Assembly (NCBI RefSeq): GCF_026210795.1
Contig: NC_089431.1
Span: 5,394,001-5,458,000, forward strand
DNA length: 64,000 nt
From: Rhizophagus irregularis
Taxonomy: Eukaryota
Direction: 5' to 3'
A program made the position numbers and the translations under genes. The notes under the pieces are model-generated. The model was not told where the DNA came from. It searched no databases and saw only the letters and a program-made list of their open reading frames with translations. Shown here in pieces: positions 41,151-54,672 of this stretch. Numbering within the stretch: the first letter of the stretch is position 1; each line of letters starts with the position of its first letter.

Positions 41151-42179
41151 TATAATATTATATAACTTTAGTAATTACTTGTTGGTTCTAATATTAATTC
41201 TAAAACTGCAAGGTATGAATGACAAAGAAGAGTTGCAGACTTGTAAAAATTATTTGATTTGCGATACCTGCTTCAGCCTTCAGTTCAATAGTGCTATTTA
41301 TTTTTGAACAAACAATCAATACATTTATTTTATCACTCTAAATAAATAAAGATGCAAATCAATTTTATGTTTTATTTTGATATTTTATTTATTGGAAAAG
41401 AATTCTTTCCATTCAATGAATAATTTTTTTCTTGAGACGGATTGTTTATTTTTTATGACGCATAATTCATATATCATTGTATAAAAATGCCTATTTTTTC
41501 AATTTTACATATTTTGTTATTTTTTAATTTATTTTCGTTACTTCTTACTTTATTTTTGTTATTTGTAAGTTTTTATATTATTTCTTCTTTCCCTTTTCTT
41601 GTTTAGGTGAGTTATGTTTTCCTTTCTCTTATAGCTCTTTTCCTTGGTAGATGTGTGGGCACGCTTCCTTTTCTTTTATTCTTTTTCTCTTTCGTATTTA
41701 GGTGGTGAGTGAATACGTTTCCCTTCTTCTCTCTTTCACTTTAATGTTATCACAATATAAAAATCCTTCTCCTACTAGGACAAACCACTTTATTCCTTGT
41801 AATATCTTTTTTCTGTATGCCCCATCTATCTTCAAATACGGTATAAAATATTAACTTCTACAAGAAAAAATTGAAACTTTTCATTAGTATATAAGAAAAC
41901 AAAATTTATGATATTTTTTAATTAAATTAATCATCAAATTATTTATTATAATTATGGTATGTAATTTAAAATGTCAATTTTTATTAAACATTTTTAATTC
42001 ATATGAAGAATATTTACCAGTCGCAGGTTTTTAAAGTCCATAACCAGTTTAGCAGTGGTTTAGCAACACTTATCATCAACTATCTTGCAATAAATGACCT
42101 TGATATTTTGATTGATCTATTTATTCCAGTTCTAAAAGAAAATACTATATATTTTTAGGATTATAACTAAGTAATCTAT

Positions 42180-42651
42180 TATTTTTAACAGATAGACTGG
42201 CTGTAACCTCTTCCAAGTTCTTATTTTTTGATCAGCAAACTTTTCATCACATTCTGATTTTCTTTATTACTAATAATGTAAATGAATATTTTCGTATGTA
42301 GATGACCAATATATTGTTAATTTTGAGTAATATGATGGTGTTATATGACATTTTGACATTTGTTAGAATCTCATATTTGTTATAATTCAATTAATTTGCA
42401 TGTTGACCATCTTATAGCAATTGGCAAGCCTGAAAGTTATATTCAAGTTGGTTAAGAGATAAAGTGAACCCGAATGATTTTATTAACTCTGTGAGGTACT
42501 CAGAATTTTGCTTTAGAGTTCGCTCTAAATCTTCTAAGTTTCCTGAAGGGTGTGCTGGAAGGCTTCTAAGTTGGATCGCAAGTTCATTTTTTTCATTGAT
42601 GACTTGATCATGTCATTATTTGTATCCTTTAAATTATAATATTTACCCATC
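42180..42651 (-). pseudogene. Decayed coding-like remnant
   Basis: Minus-strand open stretch INEKNELAIQLRSLPAHPSGNLEDLERTLKQNSEYLTELIKSFGFTLSLNQLEY lies out of frame with an upstream ATG at ~42651; no family recognised. Confidence 0.25.
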
Positions 42652-43388
42652 TTTCACATATAATATAACAAAAAATAATCAAAAATAAGCAAAAATAGAA
42701 CTCTTTTTTATGCCAAAAAGAAATTCTGATTCCCTGAATCTTGACATACGTTTATTAGGGAAAATGATGAAAAAATTAAAGAAAATTTTTAAAAATCACA
42801 CTAAAAGTGTCTTGATGGATATGTACGGCAGTACGGGAATATTGTTGCTATTTATATCAGATATATAAAATAAAATAGTTCATTATACAACAAAAATAAA
42901 TAATTTTTGTTTGGTTTTTAAAAATATATATGAAAACTTTCAAAGTTATTTCAAATAAATTTTTTTTTTGTTTTTTAAAAGAATCTATGTGAAGACTTTT
43001 CAAAGTTATTGAAAAAAAAAAAATTTAAAAGCGATCAGCGGCTTTTACGGCTGTGTAGTGCTAGCCACAAAGTTTACTGCTTCACTTAACATAATTCCCT
43101 TGAGTACAAATAATTTTAGACTGGAATTATAAAATTTGGCCAGAATTATAAATCACAAATCACATGATGACTATAATTCTGGTCAAAATTATGATAATTT
43201 TGATCATTTATTATTCGCGTCATTTGCGTGATTCTCTAGGTTTGTAGCGGCCTCAATCGGATAAATAATTGTAATTAATTCCGGACAGAGTTAACTAAAT
43301 ATTTAAATTTCAACTAAAAACTATACTCTACAAGAGTAATCCGGTATCGACTGATTATTTTAATTGGTGAATCTTTTTTTATTATCTG

Positions 43389-44460
43389 AACCATTTCCTA
43401 AATGCCATTTTTCTAATTACACCTTCAGTTTTCCCGAAGTAAATTATCTAAATGTCAATTTCTTGAACTGGCCCTCTTCATAACGATAATACTTCTCCAA
43501 CCACACTTGGATATATAATGTTGGTTCAATAGTTTGATTGGTTAAAAATCACGAGATTTTTTAAAATATTGATCAAATAATCATCTTCGTGCTAAATGGC
43601 CACTAAATGATCTTTTAATAATCATATAAATGCCTGATTATGTAAATAGTTTAAATAGTTATAAAATTGTTAAAATAAACTTTCTTCTTTTTATTCGATA
43701 TAATTTATAATTTTGGCCATAAAACGTAATTTCGGTCAGTCATGAGCGTGATATCAATTTTTGAACTGAATTTTCTGCGCATTATGGAATCACATGATGA
43801 CCACGATATTTTTTTTGACTTTATATTGAAAAATTAAAACTATAGATAAGTATCAATATGGAAAAAAGCTATGATTTAGAATATAAAGTTAGAATACTTG
43901 ATAAAGTGTTTTTCCTATATGTATAATGCGAAATTAATAAATGTATAATACTACTGTATTTTCCAAACAGAATAAAGTAGTAAATTTAGTAAATTGAAAT
44001 GTGTTAATAAATTTATATCATTTATTTAAACCCAGTTCCTGCCCTATTTCCAATAAATGTTATTTCATAATTTGCACTTTTTTAAAATTTAATAACCAAA
44101 TGAATATGTTGTGCCTCAGGTGTTGATTTGCGTCAGTTGATAGCTGACGTGCGTCATTTGTCACATAACATTAAGATATAATTAAACATTAAAATTTCCA
44201 GCCTTAAATAAATTTATTATGGAAGACCTTATTGTGTGATACAGGTGACGCGCGTCAATTATCAGCTGACGTAAATCGACACCTGAGGCACAACAAATAT
44301 ATTCGAATTTATGACGCAATAATTCTTTTAATTATAAACTGTAAATGGATATTGAGATTGCTTCAGGGGTTCGGTAAATAAGGATTCAAGAAATTGTCTG
44401 TTTCAGGATAATATCCAGTTCTGGAAATTGGCATACAATTAATTGAATTCGGGAAAAATA
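43389..44460. mobile_element. Possible ~1.1-kb non-autonomous DNA element with degenerate repetitive ends
   Basis: Left caatttcttgaa, ttttcccgaa, atgccattt have reverse-complement counterparts at right ttcaagaaattg, ttcgggaaaa, aaattggcat. Confidence 0.35.
44108..44294. mobile_element. MITE/foldback with ~60-bp inverted arms
   Basis: gttgtgcctcaggtgttgatttgcgtcagttgatagctgacgtgcgtca vs tgacgcgcgtcaattatcagctgacgtaaatcgacacctgaggcacaac. Confidence 0.75.
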
Positions 44461-46218
44461 ATACTATTTTCAGTATCATAACCTTAGTAAAATTTTTTAC
44501 CACTTTTCAATCTATTGCATACTTTAAAAAATCCGGATTATATTTAATACTAAAATTTATTACTAATATAATTAATTGTGAAAGAAATATGACCGTTATT
44601 AGTACACGTCACAAAGATTTTTCTTTTCGTTCTTGTCTTCTCTTATTTGTTAAAAAAAATTCATTTTATACGAAAATTTATCATGTATAATAATTTTAAA
44701 TTACATCAAGCAACATTATTTATGTTGATAAATTTTCACTAATAATTGTTAAGGACAATTATAAGGTTTTGAGGTTCGTTCCATAAATAGGGTTATTCAT
44801 TGCATAATAGTATACAGTATTAAGTAAAATTTTAATAAAAAAAAAAATGAAAGCAGCTTGATATATCTATATATTATGCTATATAAAGTATTTGAACTAT
44901 ATACAGTACTACGTTTAAAAATACGACGCATTATAAATGTGTATACCACCTAATTATTTCGAAAAATAATTATAATAATCAGATTTATAATATCGGATTT
45001 ATAATACTACCTTAATAATCTATCTCTAAATGAGTCAAAAGCAACTTAATAATAATGTAATACTTTAACAAACCGGTAGGCTTCTTAACAACGATCTATA
45101 TTACCGAGTTAAAAAATATATATTGTCATCTAAATGTTGTGAAAATGAATTACATCTTTTAAACCTTCGAACTTTACTATCGTAAGATATTATTAGCAAT
45201 AAGTCCGAAATATCTCTAACTGTCTTAAATATACAGTAATTCGGAATTACTTTTACGAACCACCATTAAAATCAGAATCAATAAATTAGAAGAAACTTTA
45301 CGCGCGTTCATTCTATTGACTGAATTCCCAAGCCCAAAACCCTCCCACTTTGTAATCAAACAAAAACAAATAAAATACACCAACTATAAATATAAATCCT
45401 AGTGTAATCTTGGGAGCCAGATTAACTTCTACAGGTACTCCCCTTATTTCTGCTAGAAATCGATTTAACGCACCAGGATCAGCTGCAGGCTTCTTAAAAG
45501 TACAGCATCAACTTCATCGATATCGATTTCATCGGTCTCGTGGATCCAGTTCTTTTTGTGAAACTTTTGGAATAACTCCTCCTTAGTTATATTTAGGTTC
45601 ATATATTACAATAGTAAAATCGTCCAAAGATCTATAATTTAATTTTTTCAGAATATAGGTAATTAACGCGTATGACATCTTTAACAGTTGACGTCCTAAT
45701 CGCCCTATGAAAAAAGAAAAAATACACTTAAAAATTTAAAATGCGTTTAAAATTGCAATTTAAAGAAATTAGAGACGTCAAATCAACTGTCAGCTGAGCA
45801 CGTCCGTCATTTGAACGTTCACCTTGATATTCCCAATAATTTGCTCGCTCGTGATGACCGACAATAGACTTAAGGTAGACACAAATATTTTATTCACATC
45901 TGGTCTTTATGCATGTATGCCGATGATTTTAAGGCAGACAAGGATCGAAGTAGAACATGCACTTGAAATTTTCATAATCCTGATACAAGAAAGTGTAAGA
46001 TAACGCCTCGTGTTAAGACGTTTATATAATCAAATCATAAGAGGTAGTTTATTGTTAATTACAGTCTAAACTTAAAAAAATTTACATTAAAAAAACTTAT
46101 TTAAAACTTAACCTTCCGCTATAATTAAAATGTGCTTATGTAAAAAGAAAAAGAAAAAAACATAATACAATTAATTTTTTTTTTAAAAAAAAAAAAATTG
46201 ACTTAGATCAAATTTAAT

Positions 46219-47797
46219 CTAATTTAAACTTTTTGTTTGTTCTCTCTCTTCAAGGTTGATATTATTATTTAAAGAGTCAGAACCATTTAAAATAGAATTA
46301 TTAGGTATTATTAAAAATCTTTCATTGCGTACATACTGGAACAAATTACTTATTCCTCCAATACTAATGGCTAAAAAATAAAAATAAAAATAAAAATAAA
46401 AATTATTATTTTCTTTTTTTTTTTTTGAATATTAGAAAAAAATTGTAACTGATGTCATAAAAGAAATATATATATATATATTTTACCTGACAGACTGATG
46501 GCATTAAGCAAAATATAGTGAACCTAAAATTAAAAGAAATATCATTAATACTTTTTATTTCACTCCCAAAAATTATTAAAAAAAATTAGGTTTTACCTTT
46601 ACTAATTCAAAAATATCATTTAACATGAGAGGAATATATTGAAAAATGAAGACTAAAATATATGTCAATACTTTGGCTAAAATTTTCTTTTCAATAATGT
46701 TACGACTGTTACGTTGTTCCACATTGACCTCCGAATGCGCAATAGATGATGAATTATCATCTTTGACATCATGAAATGTTTTTAACACGTGCACATAACA
46801 GAATACGATAGTCAATAACGTAAGGAGAATTGTGATTAATAATAACGTTGATATTAATGAATTACTGCCGTCTTTAATTCCGCACCTTTAAATATGAAAA
46901 AATAAATAAATGAGTGTCACGTGCTTATAACGAAATTATTTACGTAACTTACCAATATTTTTTAGCACCTAAATCGCGCACCGAAACCATAGGAATGATG
47001 AACGATAGAAAGCCGACCGGAAACCAAATTTTGTAATCACATTTTCCCCAATCAAAATAATATTCTTGTACCACTCTTAACCAAGTTACGAAAGATATGC
47101 TACCGACCTATAAAATAATTATTGTAAACGGGATTGAATTAAAATTAAATTAAAATTAATAGCAAAATAATTTAATTTTTCTTACCAATAACATATTTAA
47201 TAGAGTGAATGAGACATTAAAAAATCCAAGAATTTCACAAAATGGGGTTGGCCATACGATAGGTTCACCGAAAGTTTCCAATACCGATACATTTGAAACA
47301 GTGTACGACTATAGAAAAGTGAATGATCAGCTTAAAAAAAAATAATAATAATAATAATTGACAAATAATTTTACTCACAAAATCAATTAAAATTATTTCT
47401 GAAAATAAAAAATCTAAATATTATAAAAATAAAATTAGTTGAAAATATGTACGCAAATATATAATATAGAATTAAAACAATTAGTAGTCTTTACCCGTAA
47501 TCGCTATATAGAATGGAAATTTAATCGATAATAAATTAAAATTATCATAATCAAATTTCCATCGTAAGTAAGTACCTAAATTTTATTCATTAATTTATTT
47601 ATTCATTGCGTTAAAAGTGATTAATAAATTCAAAAAAAAAAGATCCAACATGATTTAAACTATTTAAATTACATACGGTAAAATATATAAGAACTTCCCA
47701 ATAAATTCAATATGTTCAATGTTAAAGGGATAATTGTCACGATATAAAAGTCAGCCATGACAGTATCAGTACTATATCCATCTGGTGGATTATTCAT
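46219..47797 (-). CDS. 7-TM G-protein-coupled receptor, cAMP-receptor-like/Git3-like (~325 aa, 8 exons)
   Basis: Exons ~47797-47677, 47575-47495, 47398-47379, 47308-47186, 47107-46953, 46885-46598, 46522-46487, 46370-46219 join in frame: MNNPPDGYS...LNLLGSSYIFYRTYLRW...KFPFYIAIT...WPTPFCEILGF...YWCGIK...IVFCY...KVLTYILVFIFQYIP...GGISNLFQYVRNE. Seven hydrophobic helices, with a TM3 Cys and an ECL2 WC pair. Confidence 0.85.
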
Positions 47798-47974
47798 ATT
47801 GTATTATTTATTGGTATAAAGGGGCGGGGTTAGAATAATATGACGAATTGAGTTTGAATTTTTATTTATAAACGGAATAATTTGATAAATAAGGTAGGCG
47901 AGTTATTGTGTGAGATGTATGTGGCGCGAGGGTACGAGCAATCACATTTAAATACTTAAGAGAATGTATATATT

Positions 47975-50440
47975 AAATCCGATACGAATTGCACGAAAGG
48001 AAAGGACCGCGCTAAAATTCTAAATATTGTTAAATTACATAGTTTTATATATGTATAAAAAAAAATCTAACTATTTTCATCTGTTTGTATAATTATTTTG
48101 TTTGTATTTTTTAATATTCGAAATAATCACTTTAACATTATGTAAAATCATATAATGAATGAAAAGGTACGATTTATGCATGTAAGATTGTTAGATACAG
48201 GTTTCATCCATTTATGCAATTTTGAATATACCCATATCGGCTGATCAGAAAAGCCCCCCATAATTTTATATGCTAATGACGATAAGTAACCCATCAGTTA
48301 TATAATGAACCCATCAACTGAGCTTAAATATTAATTGGGTTGATTTTTCCAATCAGCCGATATGCATAAAACCATAGATTGGATAAGTAATTGTATAAGC
48401 AAAGGGGCGCGAAAGTAGTTAAGTTTTTTTTGGGAATTTGTATAAGCATCTTTTTTTAAACATTGTATCACTTCAACTTATTTGTTCGATTGTTCTATCT
48501 TCTTTTTAGATGTTTCCGTCGCACAAATTTAAATGATTGGCATAAGTTTATTACTGTAAAATATTAAAACGTTCTATTTAACAGAACTTTTTAAATTACG
48601 TATTTAGTATTAATTCATGTTGAAACACAAATATCTTTAATAACAAAGTTTCGGTAAAGCTTACCTCGTAAAGGATATTTGATTGTCACAGACAATCATT
48701 AAAAAATTTTTTATATAGGATCGTCTCAATGAAAATGATACGATATAAGAATCAGCGCTAGTATCATGAAAAAATTCATTTAATATCATTTATTGGTACT
48801 ATAAGAAGAAATAATGAGACTCATAATTAGATTTGATTTTTACAAATAGGATAATATTAAGATATATGAGATATATATGCGATTATTTTGAACAATTACG
48901 TTTTTTAAAAATTTATGTATATATATATTAACCTATACGATACGAAAAGAATAGACCGTACTAAAATTCCAAATTCATAATTTTTTTATATTATTATAAT
49001 ATTTTTATCATTTGGGATGTTTTTATTTGTGTTTTGAATATTTGAAATAATCACTTTAATATTATGTAAAATTATATAATAATCGGGAAGATACGTCCAT
49101 GCATGTAAGATACCGGTTTCATTCATTTATGCAATTTTAAACCGTAAGATTGGACAAGTAATCAATGATAAACAAAATTTATTAAATTTTTGCATCCTCT
49201 TTTAAATTATGGTAATACCCTAACTTATTTAGTCATTTTATTGTTCTAACTTCTCATTAGATCATTCTGTTTCACCAATTAAAATGGTTGCATATTAGCA
49301 TAGATATTATGTAAAATATTAAAGCATTTTAATAATTTTTACGTCAAAATGTATATAATTTAATTAATTATGATTTATGTGAAGCACAAACATATTTAAT
49401 TAACAAGGTTCGGTAAGCGTTGCCTTGAAAAGATCATTTGATCGTCGAGAAATCATCAAAAAAATTTTTTGTAGAATCGTCAAAAGTCATGCAACTCACG
49501 TTTCCGAAAATATAAAAATCAAGCCTTAGTACCATAAAAAAATTCATTTTGTGAATTATAGGTATCATTTATTTATTTCATAATAAGATTAATAATGAGA
49601 ATAGAGCAATAAAAAAGAAAATGATTTTGACTTTTTTACAAACGGGATAATCCGATGAATGAAATATATAAAACGTATACGGAAGCTTTCAGTGCGAATA
49701 TATACGAGAAATTACGTTTAAATATTTAAGCAAATATACGATACAAGTTGCACGAAAAGAAAAAACGCGCTAAAAAATCTTATTATCTTAATAAGATAAT
49801 TATTTTTATATATTATAAAGGTTTTGACGGTCTTCTTTTGTCAGAGAAAAAATTCTAGAAGTTTTCAGTTGTGTGACATTTGTTTGTCTTTATTTTTTTT
49901 TTTATAATAAATATTCGAATTATTATTTGATAACATATAATGAATGAGAAGATATGGTCTATGCATGTTAAATACCGGTTTCATTAATTTATTTTAAAAA
50001 ACCGAAGATTGGATAATAATTGTATAACAAAAGGGGCTCATAATAAATATTCAATGATTAGAGAACATTAATAATTTTTTTTTTGGGAAATTTACATAGC
50101 CTCTTTTTATTTAATTAAATATATGGTAACACCTCAACTTATATAGTCTTGATATTGTTCTGACTTCTCATCAGATTATTCTGTTTCACCAATCTAAAAC
50201 GATTGGCTATTGCATAAACTAACTACTATATAAATACTTGAAGAAGTGGTTTGATTCGATGAGACAATTTTTATTTTAATATATTTATATTAATACACGT
50301 AAAGTACAAACATCTAGGTTTCGGTAAACCTCGAGTCATTTATTTTTGGTATTTACTGGTGTTCAAAGATAATCGTTAAAAAATAAATTTTTTCTTTGGA
50401 TCAACAAAGTCATACAAATCACGATTTCCATACAAGTTTC
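47975..50440. repeat. Three diverged tandem copies of a ~0.7-0.95-kb non-coding unit
   Basis: Units start ~47975, ~48935 and ~49735 with collinear blocks: cacgaaa...cgcgctaaaa; atgcatgt...ataccggtttcat; gattggataa; caacttat...attgttct; cacaaa...tttcggtaa. Confidence 0.85.
48233..48364. mobile_element. Small MITE inserted in the first tandem unit
   Basis: TIR catatcggctgat / atcagccgatatg; this segment is absent from the equivalent position of units 2 and 3. Confidence 0.7.
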
Positions 50441-51732
50441 ATTACACAACATCTTTTTTTTTTTTATAGTAACATCTAGACGGAACGAATATGCAAAGAT
50501 ACCTTACGTAATCATCTGGACTAGGACCAAAAGATCAGGCCCAACAAATTATGTAATTCTTTCCTTTGTTGTCTTTTTGCTTCGGATAATTCCGGCCAAC
50601 ATTACTATTTAATACTGACCGTGAAATATTTGTATATGATGTCTACCTTAATATTCATAATAAAAAAATATTTATATTATTCGGATTATCATGAATATAT
50701 ATATAAAGAATTTTTTTTTTCTCGTAAAAAAAAAGAAAAAAGAAAAAAAGAAAAATCGTCCTTGTTAAAAATTTACCCGGTCGATCAGAATATTCCAATT
50801 GGAATTTTCTGGTTGAATCACTAAAAAAAGTATTAATTTAAACTATTAAAATTTAGTTATTTCCTTTTTTTAAAATTTTTATTTATTTATTTATTTATTT
50901 AACAGATGAACTTGGACGAAATCGGATTTCATGCACAGATGATACATCGATACATGTAGGATAAGGTTTTAGTGATGAGATTCCGATTTTTTGGGAATAG
51001 TTCAATACATATTTTACAATGAGTGATAAAAAAAAAAATTATAAAAATTAAAAGATTTTGTTTATTTATTTGTAACAATGAAACATTTATTAGGTATTAT
51101 TTGTTAGATGGGAAATATAGATATCGGTCTTTTGACCGATATTCCCCATCCAATAAATGAGTTATTATAGAAATACTGCGGTGGCCAATAGGAATTAATG
51201 CTACTCCTACTAGTACTGCTTCAATATTGATGGATATATCATTAAAATCCCACATATTCAATAATAAATTTAATTAACGTCTTAATCATTAACGAGCAAC
51301 GTTTGTATAAATTTTTTAAATTTTAAAAAAGTGTACATTTGACAGTTAATTTTAATCATTTATTTTTATTAAGATATTTAATTTTTTAAAACCAGACTTA
51401 TAATCCAATTTTATTATATCTTCGCGGTAGATAGTCACGAGATGGTAACGGTCGATCATTGGGTTTCGGTTAATTTTACCGACCGTTTTTTCGTTATTTT
51501 TAGATCGTAAGTTTGATAAATTTCTTTTTGATCGATTTGTTCCTATCCTAACTCTTTCCTGGAGTATGAACCTTGATAATTATAAATATTTTATTAAAAA
51601 AATAAATTTTAATTTTACATGCAGTTTTTTATATAATACTAATTTTAAACGTATTTTTTTTAAAAAATTTTTTTTTTTTATGAAGATAATCGTTTCAGTT
51701 GGATAATTCAATGGATGCTAAGCATCCGACTG

Positions 51733-51764
<32 letters not shown>

Positions 51765-51999
51765 GATAAAAACCTTTTTTTTGATAAAAACCTTTTTTTA
51801 AAAAAAAAGTCGTTCAAAGCAGTAAGTCAAGCGTTGGCCAATATAATTAAATAAAAAAAATTCATTATAATTTATAATAATTTGATAAATAAAAATACTT
51901 TTTACTTTGAAAACAATTTTATGAACGATTAATAAAAAAATAATTTTAAAGACACTTTTACGAACGATTAATAAAAATAAATTTAAAGACATTCTTAAG

Positions 52000-52825
52000 T
52001 AGTGTTCCGAAAGGGTCGGGTCAAACCGGGTCATTTGACCCGACCCGTGTTTAAAATCCGAATCGGGTTTATCATTATTTGACACGAGTCTTATATTCAA
52101 CCCGACCCGTCGGGTCAGGGTCACACCTTTGCTTACCCGGGTTTAATCAGATATTTATATTAAAACGTTTACGTTACACGATTTTTAGTTTCTAACTTTG
52201 TTTATTTAAGAAGTCTAGAAAAGTACTTAACCCTTGAGCAGATCGAAATCAAGATGTTCTACTATGATGGAAGGTATATGTTTTAATAATAATTAGTATA
52301 TTTTATTAGATTTTATTAATTCGTTATGAAAATATATACCGTAGTTAAATAAAGTAGAGTATTCACAGTTTCACACCTGGCAGAAAAGGCAAGAGATTTA
52401 TCTTGTAATCATTGAATAATATTAAAATTGGTTAAATTTTTTTTTTACCTGTAATTGCAAGTGTTCCAGTTGCTGGAGGAACCGGACAAAAGAAGCAATC
52501 TAAAATCAAATACAAATCGCGCGTGTATGTATTTGAAATCAGGCTGGGCATAAGGAGGATTTAATAAAAATTATATATTTTAAATTTTACAATAAAAATT
52601 TTAAAATAAAACTGAGTTGTGCGACGTGAATATACTATTGTTTTTGCTGAACATCTGAAAATTTTATTTGGACCCAGGTTATCCAGGGTTAAACTATATC
52701 GGGTCAGGTCAGAGGTCGAGTCATGTAAATATTAACCCGGGTATTTGTACGGGTTGGTTTTTATACACGGGTCGAGTTCGAATACATCCTCAAACCCGAC
52801 CCGACTCGACCCTTTCGGAACACTA
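52000..52825 (+). mobile_element. hAT-superfamily internally deleted element
   Basis: TIR TAGTGTTCCGAAAGGGTCG / CGACCCTTTCGGAACACTA; 8-bp TSD ttcttaag / ttcttacg (1 mismatch); GACCCG subterminal repeats; internal relic of the hAT dimerisation domain (LAEKARD..., ASVP, LKSNTNRACMYLKS). Confidence 0.88.
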
Positions 52826-52992
52826 TTCTTACGAAAGATTAATAAAAATAAATTTAGAACTTTTTACGACCTATTATTAACAAATCCATAAAATTTTTTA
52901 ACATATTTACTAATGATAAACTAAAAATGGTTGGTAGAAATCCCATATTAAAAAATTATTAAATTTTTTTAAGTCGCATAATGATTTAATTA

Positions 52993-53185
52993 CCCTATAA
53001 AAAAATGTAGATAAGGACCCCGAGCAATACATATATGATATATTGGTAATAAGAAAGGTCAAAAGTTTTATAATAGCTCTATAAAAAAAATTCTGGAAAA
53101 AGCTCCGATAAATGATCATTTTTCTAGTTTTTATTCCGAAGAAACTCAGACACGTGCTCATTTTTCTGAAAAATTTTTTATAGGG
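52993..53185. mobile_element. CCC/GGG-type MITE
   Basis: ccctataaaaaaat ... attttttataggg, the same termini as the 3408 and 6118 elements; TA on both flanks. Confidence 0.65.
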
Positions 53186-54114
53186 TAGCTCTACGCAAGG
53201 TTTTATAAGCAAACTCAACGTGTAACTTCATAAATTTCCCAAAAATAAGCAATCTAATCATATGATTTTATAATATTATATTTTGTACAAAAATTATTTG
53301 ATCAATTTTCTCACATTTATGATATTGCAACAAATGTTTCATTTTTTTAATAATATCATCTTAGGTAAAATATCCATCGCAGTAATTTTTTTTCATGCCC
53401 TATTAACTTTTGCATATTATTATCACTACGTTAGATGTTATATAATGTATTATTAGATAATGCAATAATAAGCAATATATGACTTTTCAAAAATTCTACG
53501 AAAATAACTGAAGCAAATAAAAAATGACATTATTAAAAAATATCATTAATTTTACGCAAATCCAATGGTTAAAACAGCATATGACTAGGCAAATGATCTT
53601 GTTACCTATACATGGGTCCTAGTAGATACTTTATATAATACGATTGCTGTTACCAAAGAGTGACGTGCTTAGTTACTGTACTTTTAAAAAAATCAATGTT
53701 AAATTTTGATATATAAAAGAATTCCACATCAATATGCACCAAAAATTTATTATAACTTAGACTAAGTTTATACGTTTCTAATTAAACTTCTAAAAATAAA
53801 ATTTATTATCATACAGATTAGCTTAGTCATAACAAGGAGTTTAAATAGCTCCATATTGCGACAACACCTTAATGTTAATAATGAATATTTATTGTTATAA
53901 ATAATAAATAATGTATAAGAAATTTTTAAATTTCAAAATTACAAGTTATGATACTAGCCTATTTTATTTATCTTGTAATTATTGATTCACTATTAAGAAT
54001 GCATTTTCCACATATAAATGCATAATTTTTAATATTCAAATCATGTAAATATAATGGGTTTATAAAACCTATAATGAAAATTTTTGTATGTATTTGGCGA
54101 AACCATGTTCACAA

Positions 54115-54548
54115 AAACAGGGCGGACATTCCCATATTATCACGATATTGCCGATAATATTATCACATAAAAAATACCGTTGAATTAATTGTTTCACAAA
54201 TTCTACATAATAATGTATAAAATTTTGATTTTATTTATTTTATTTTATTTATTGTTAATAAATTAGTTCTTAAAATAATTCATAAAGATTTTGTCAAATA
54301 TCAGACATATATTAATTTTACAATAATTGTAAACATTTATTTAATGATAACTTTCGGGTTATCAAAAATTATTCAGGTTTATTTTAACCACAAATTCTTG
54401 AATACCTAAATAGCATACTGTGAAAGTTTCAAGTTCGGCCCGAAGTTCTGTGGCTTGGCCCGAAGCTTCAAAGTCAAATTAGCAGATGATCAGCATATAT
54501 GTGAATTATTGAAAATTTCAACCTAAGGCTAATATGTCCGCCCTGTTT
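54115..54548. mobile_element. MITE with 8-10-bp TSD
   Basis: TIR aaacagggcggacat / atgtccgccctgttt, flanked by the direct repeat (t)gttcacaa(a) at ~54107 and ~54549. Confidence 0.8.
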
Positions 54549-54672
54549 GTTCACAAAACAATTAATGAATCCTCTTTGATTTGATTTGACATAATACTGT
54601 CAATGACGATGGCATTTTTTTTCTAAAAAAAAAAAAAAAAAAAAATTTTCTAAAGCGGCATGAAAAGAAACG

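Noticed and set aside
47975..50440. CRISPR-like or coding repeat array
   Set aside because: Units are ~0.8 kb and diverged, with no short identical repeats, unique spacers, cas genes or ORFs; the context is eukaryotic.
51105..51152. Hairpin atatcggtc-tttt-gaccgatat as a terminator or ncRNA
   Set aside because: Rho-independent terminators do not apply here and there is no supporting context or second copy.
51798..53218. ORFs 51798-52124, 52668-52880 and 52910-53218
   Set aside because: They overlap TE termini and MITEs and have no protein-like features.
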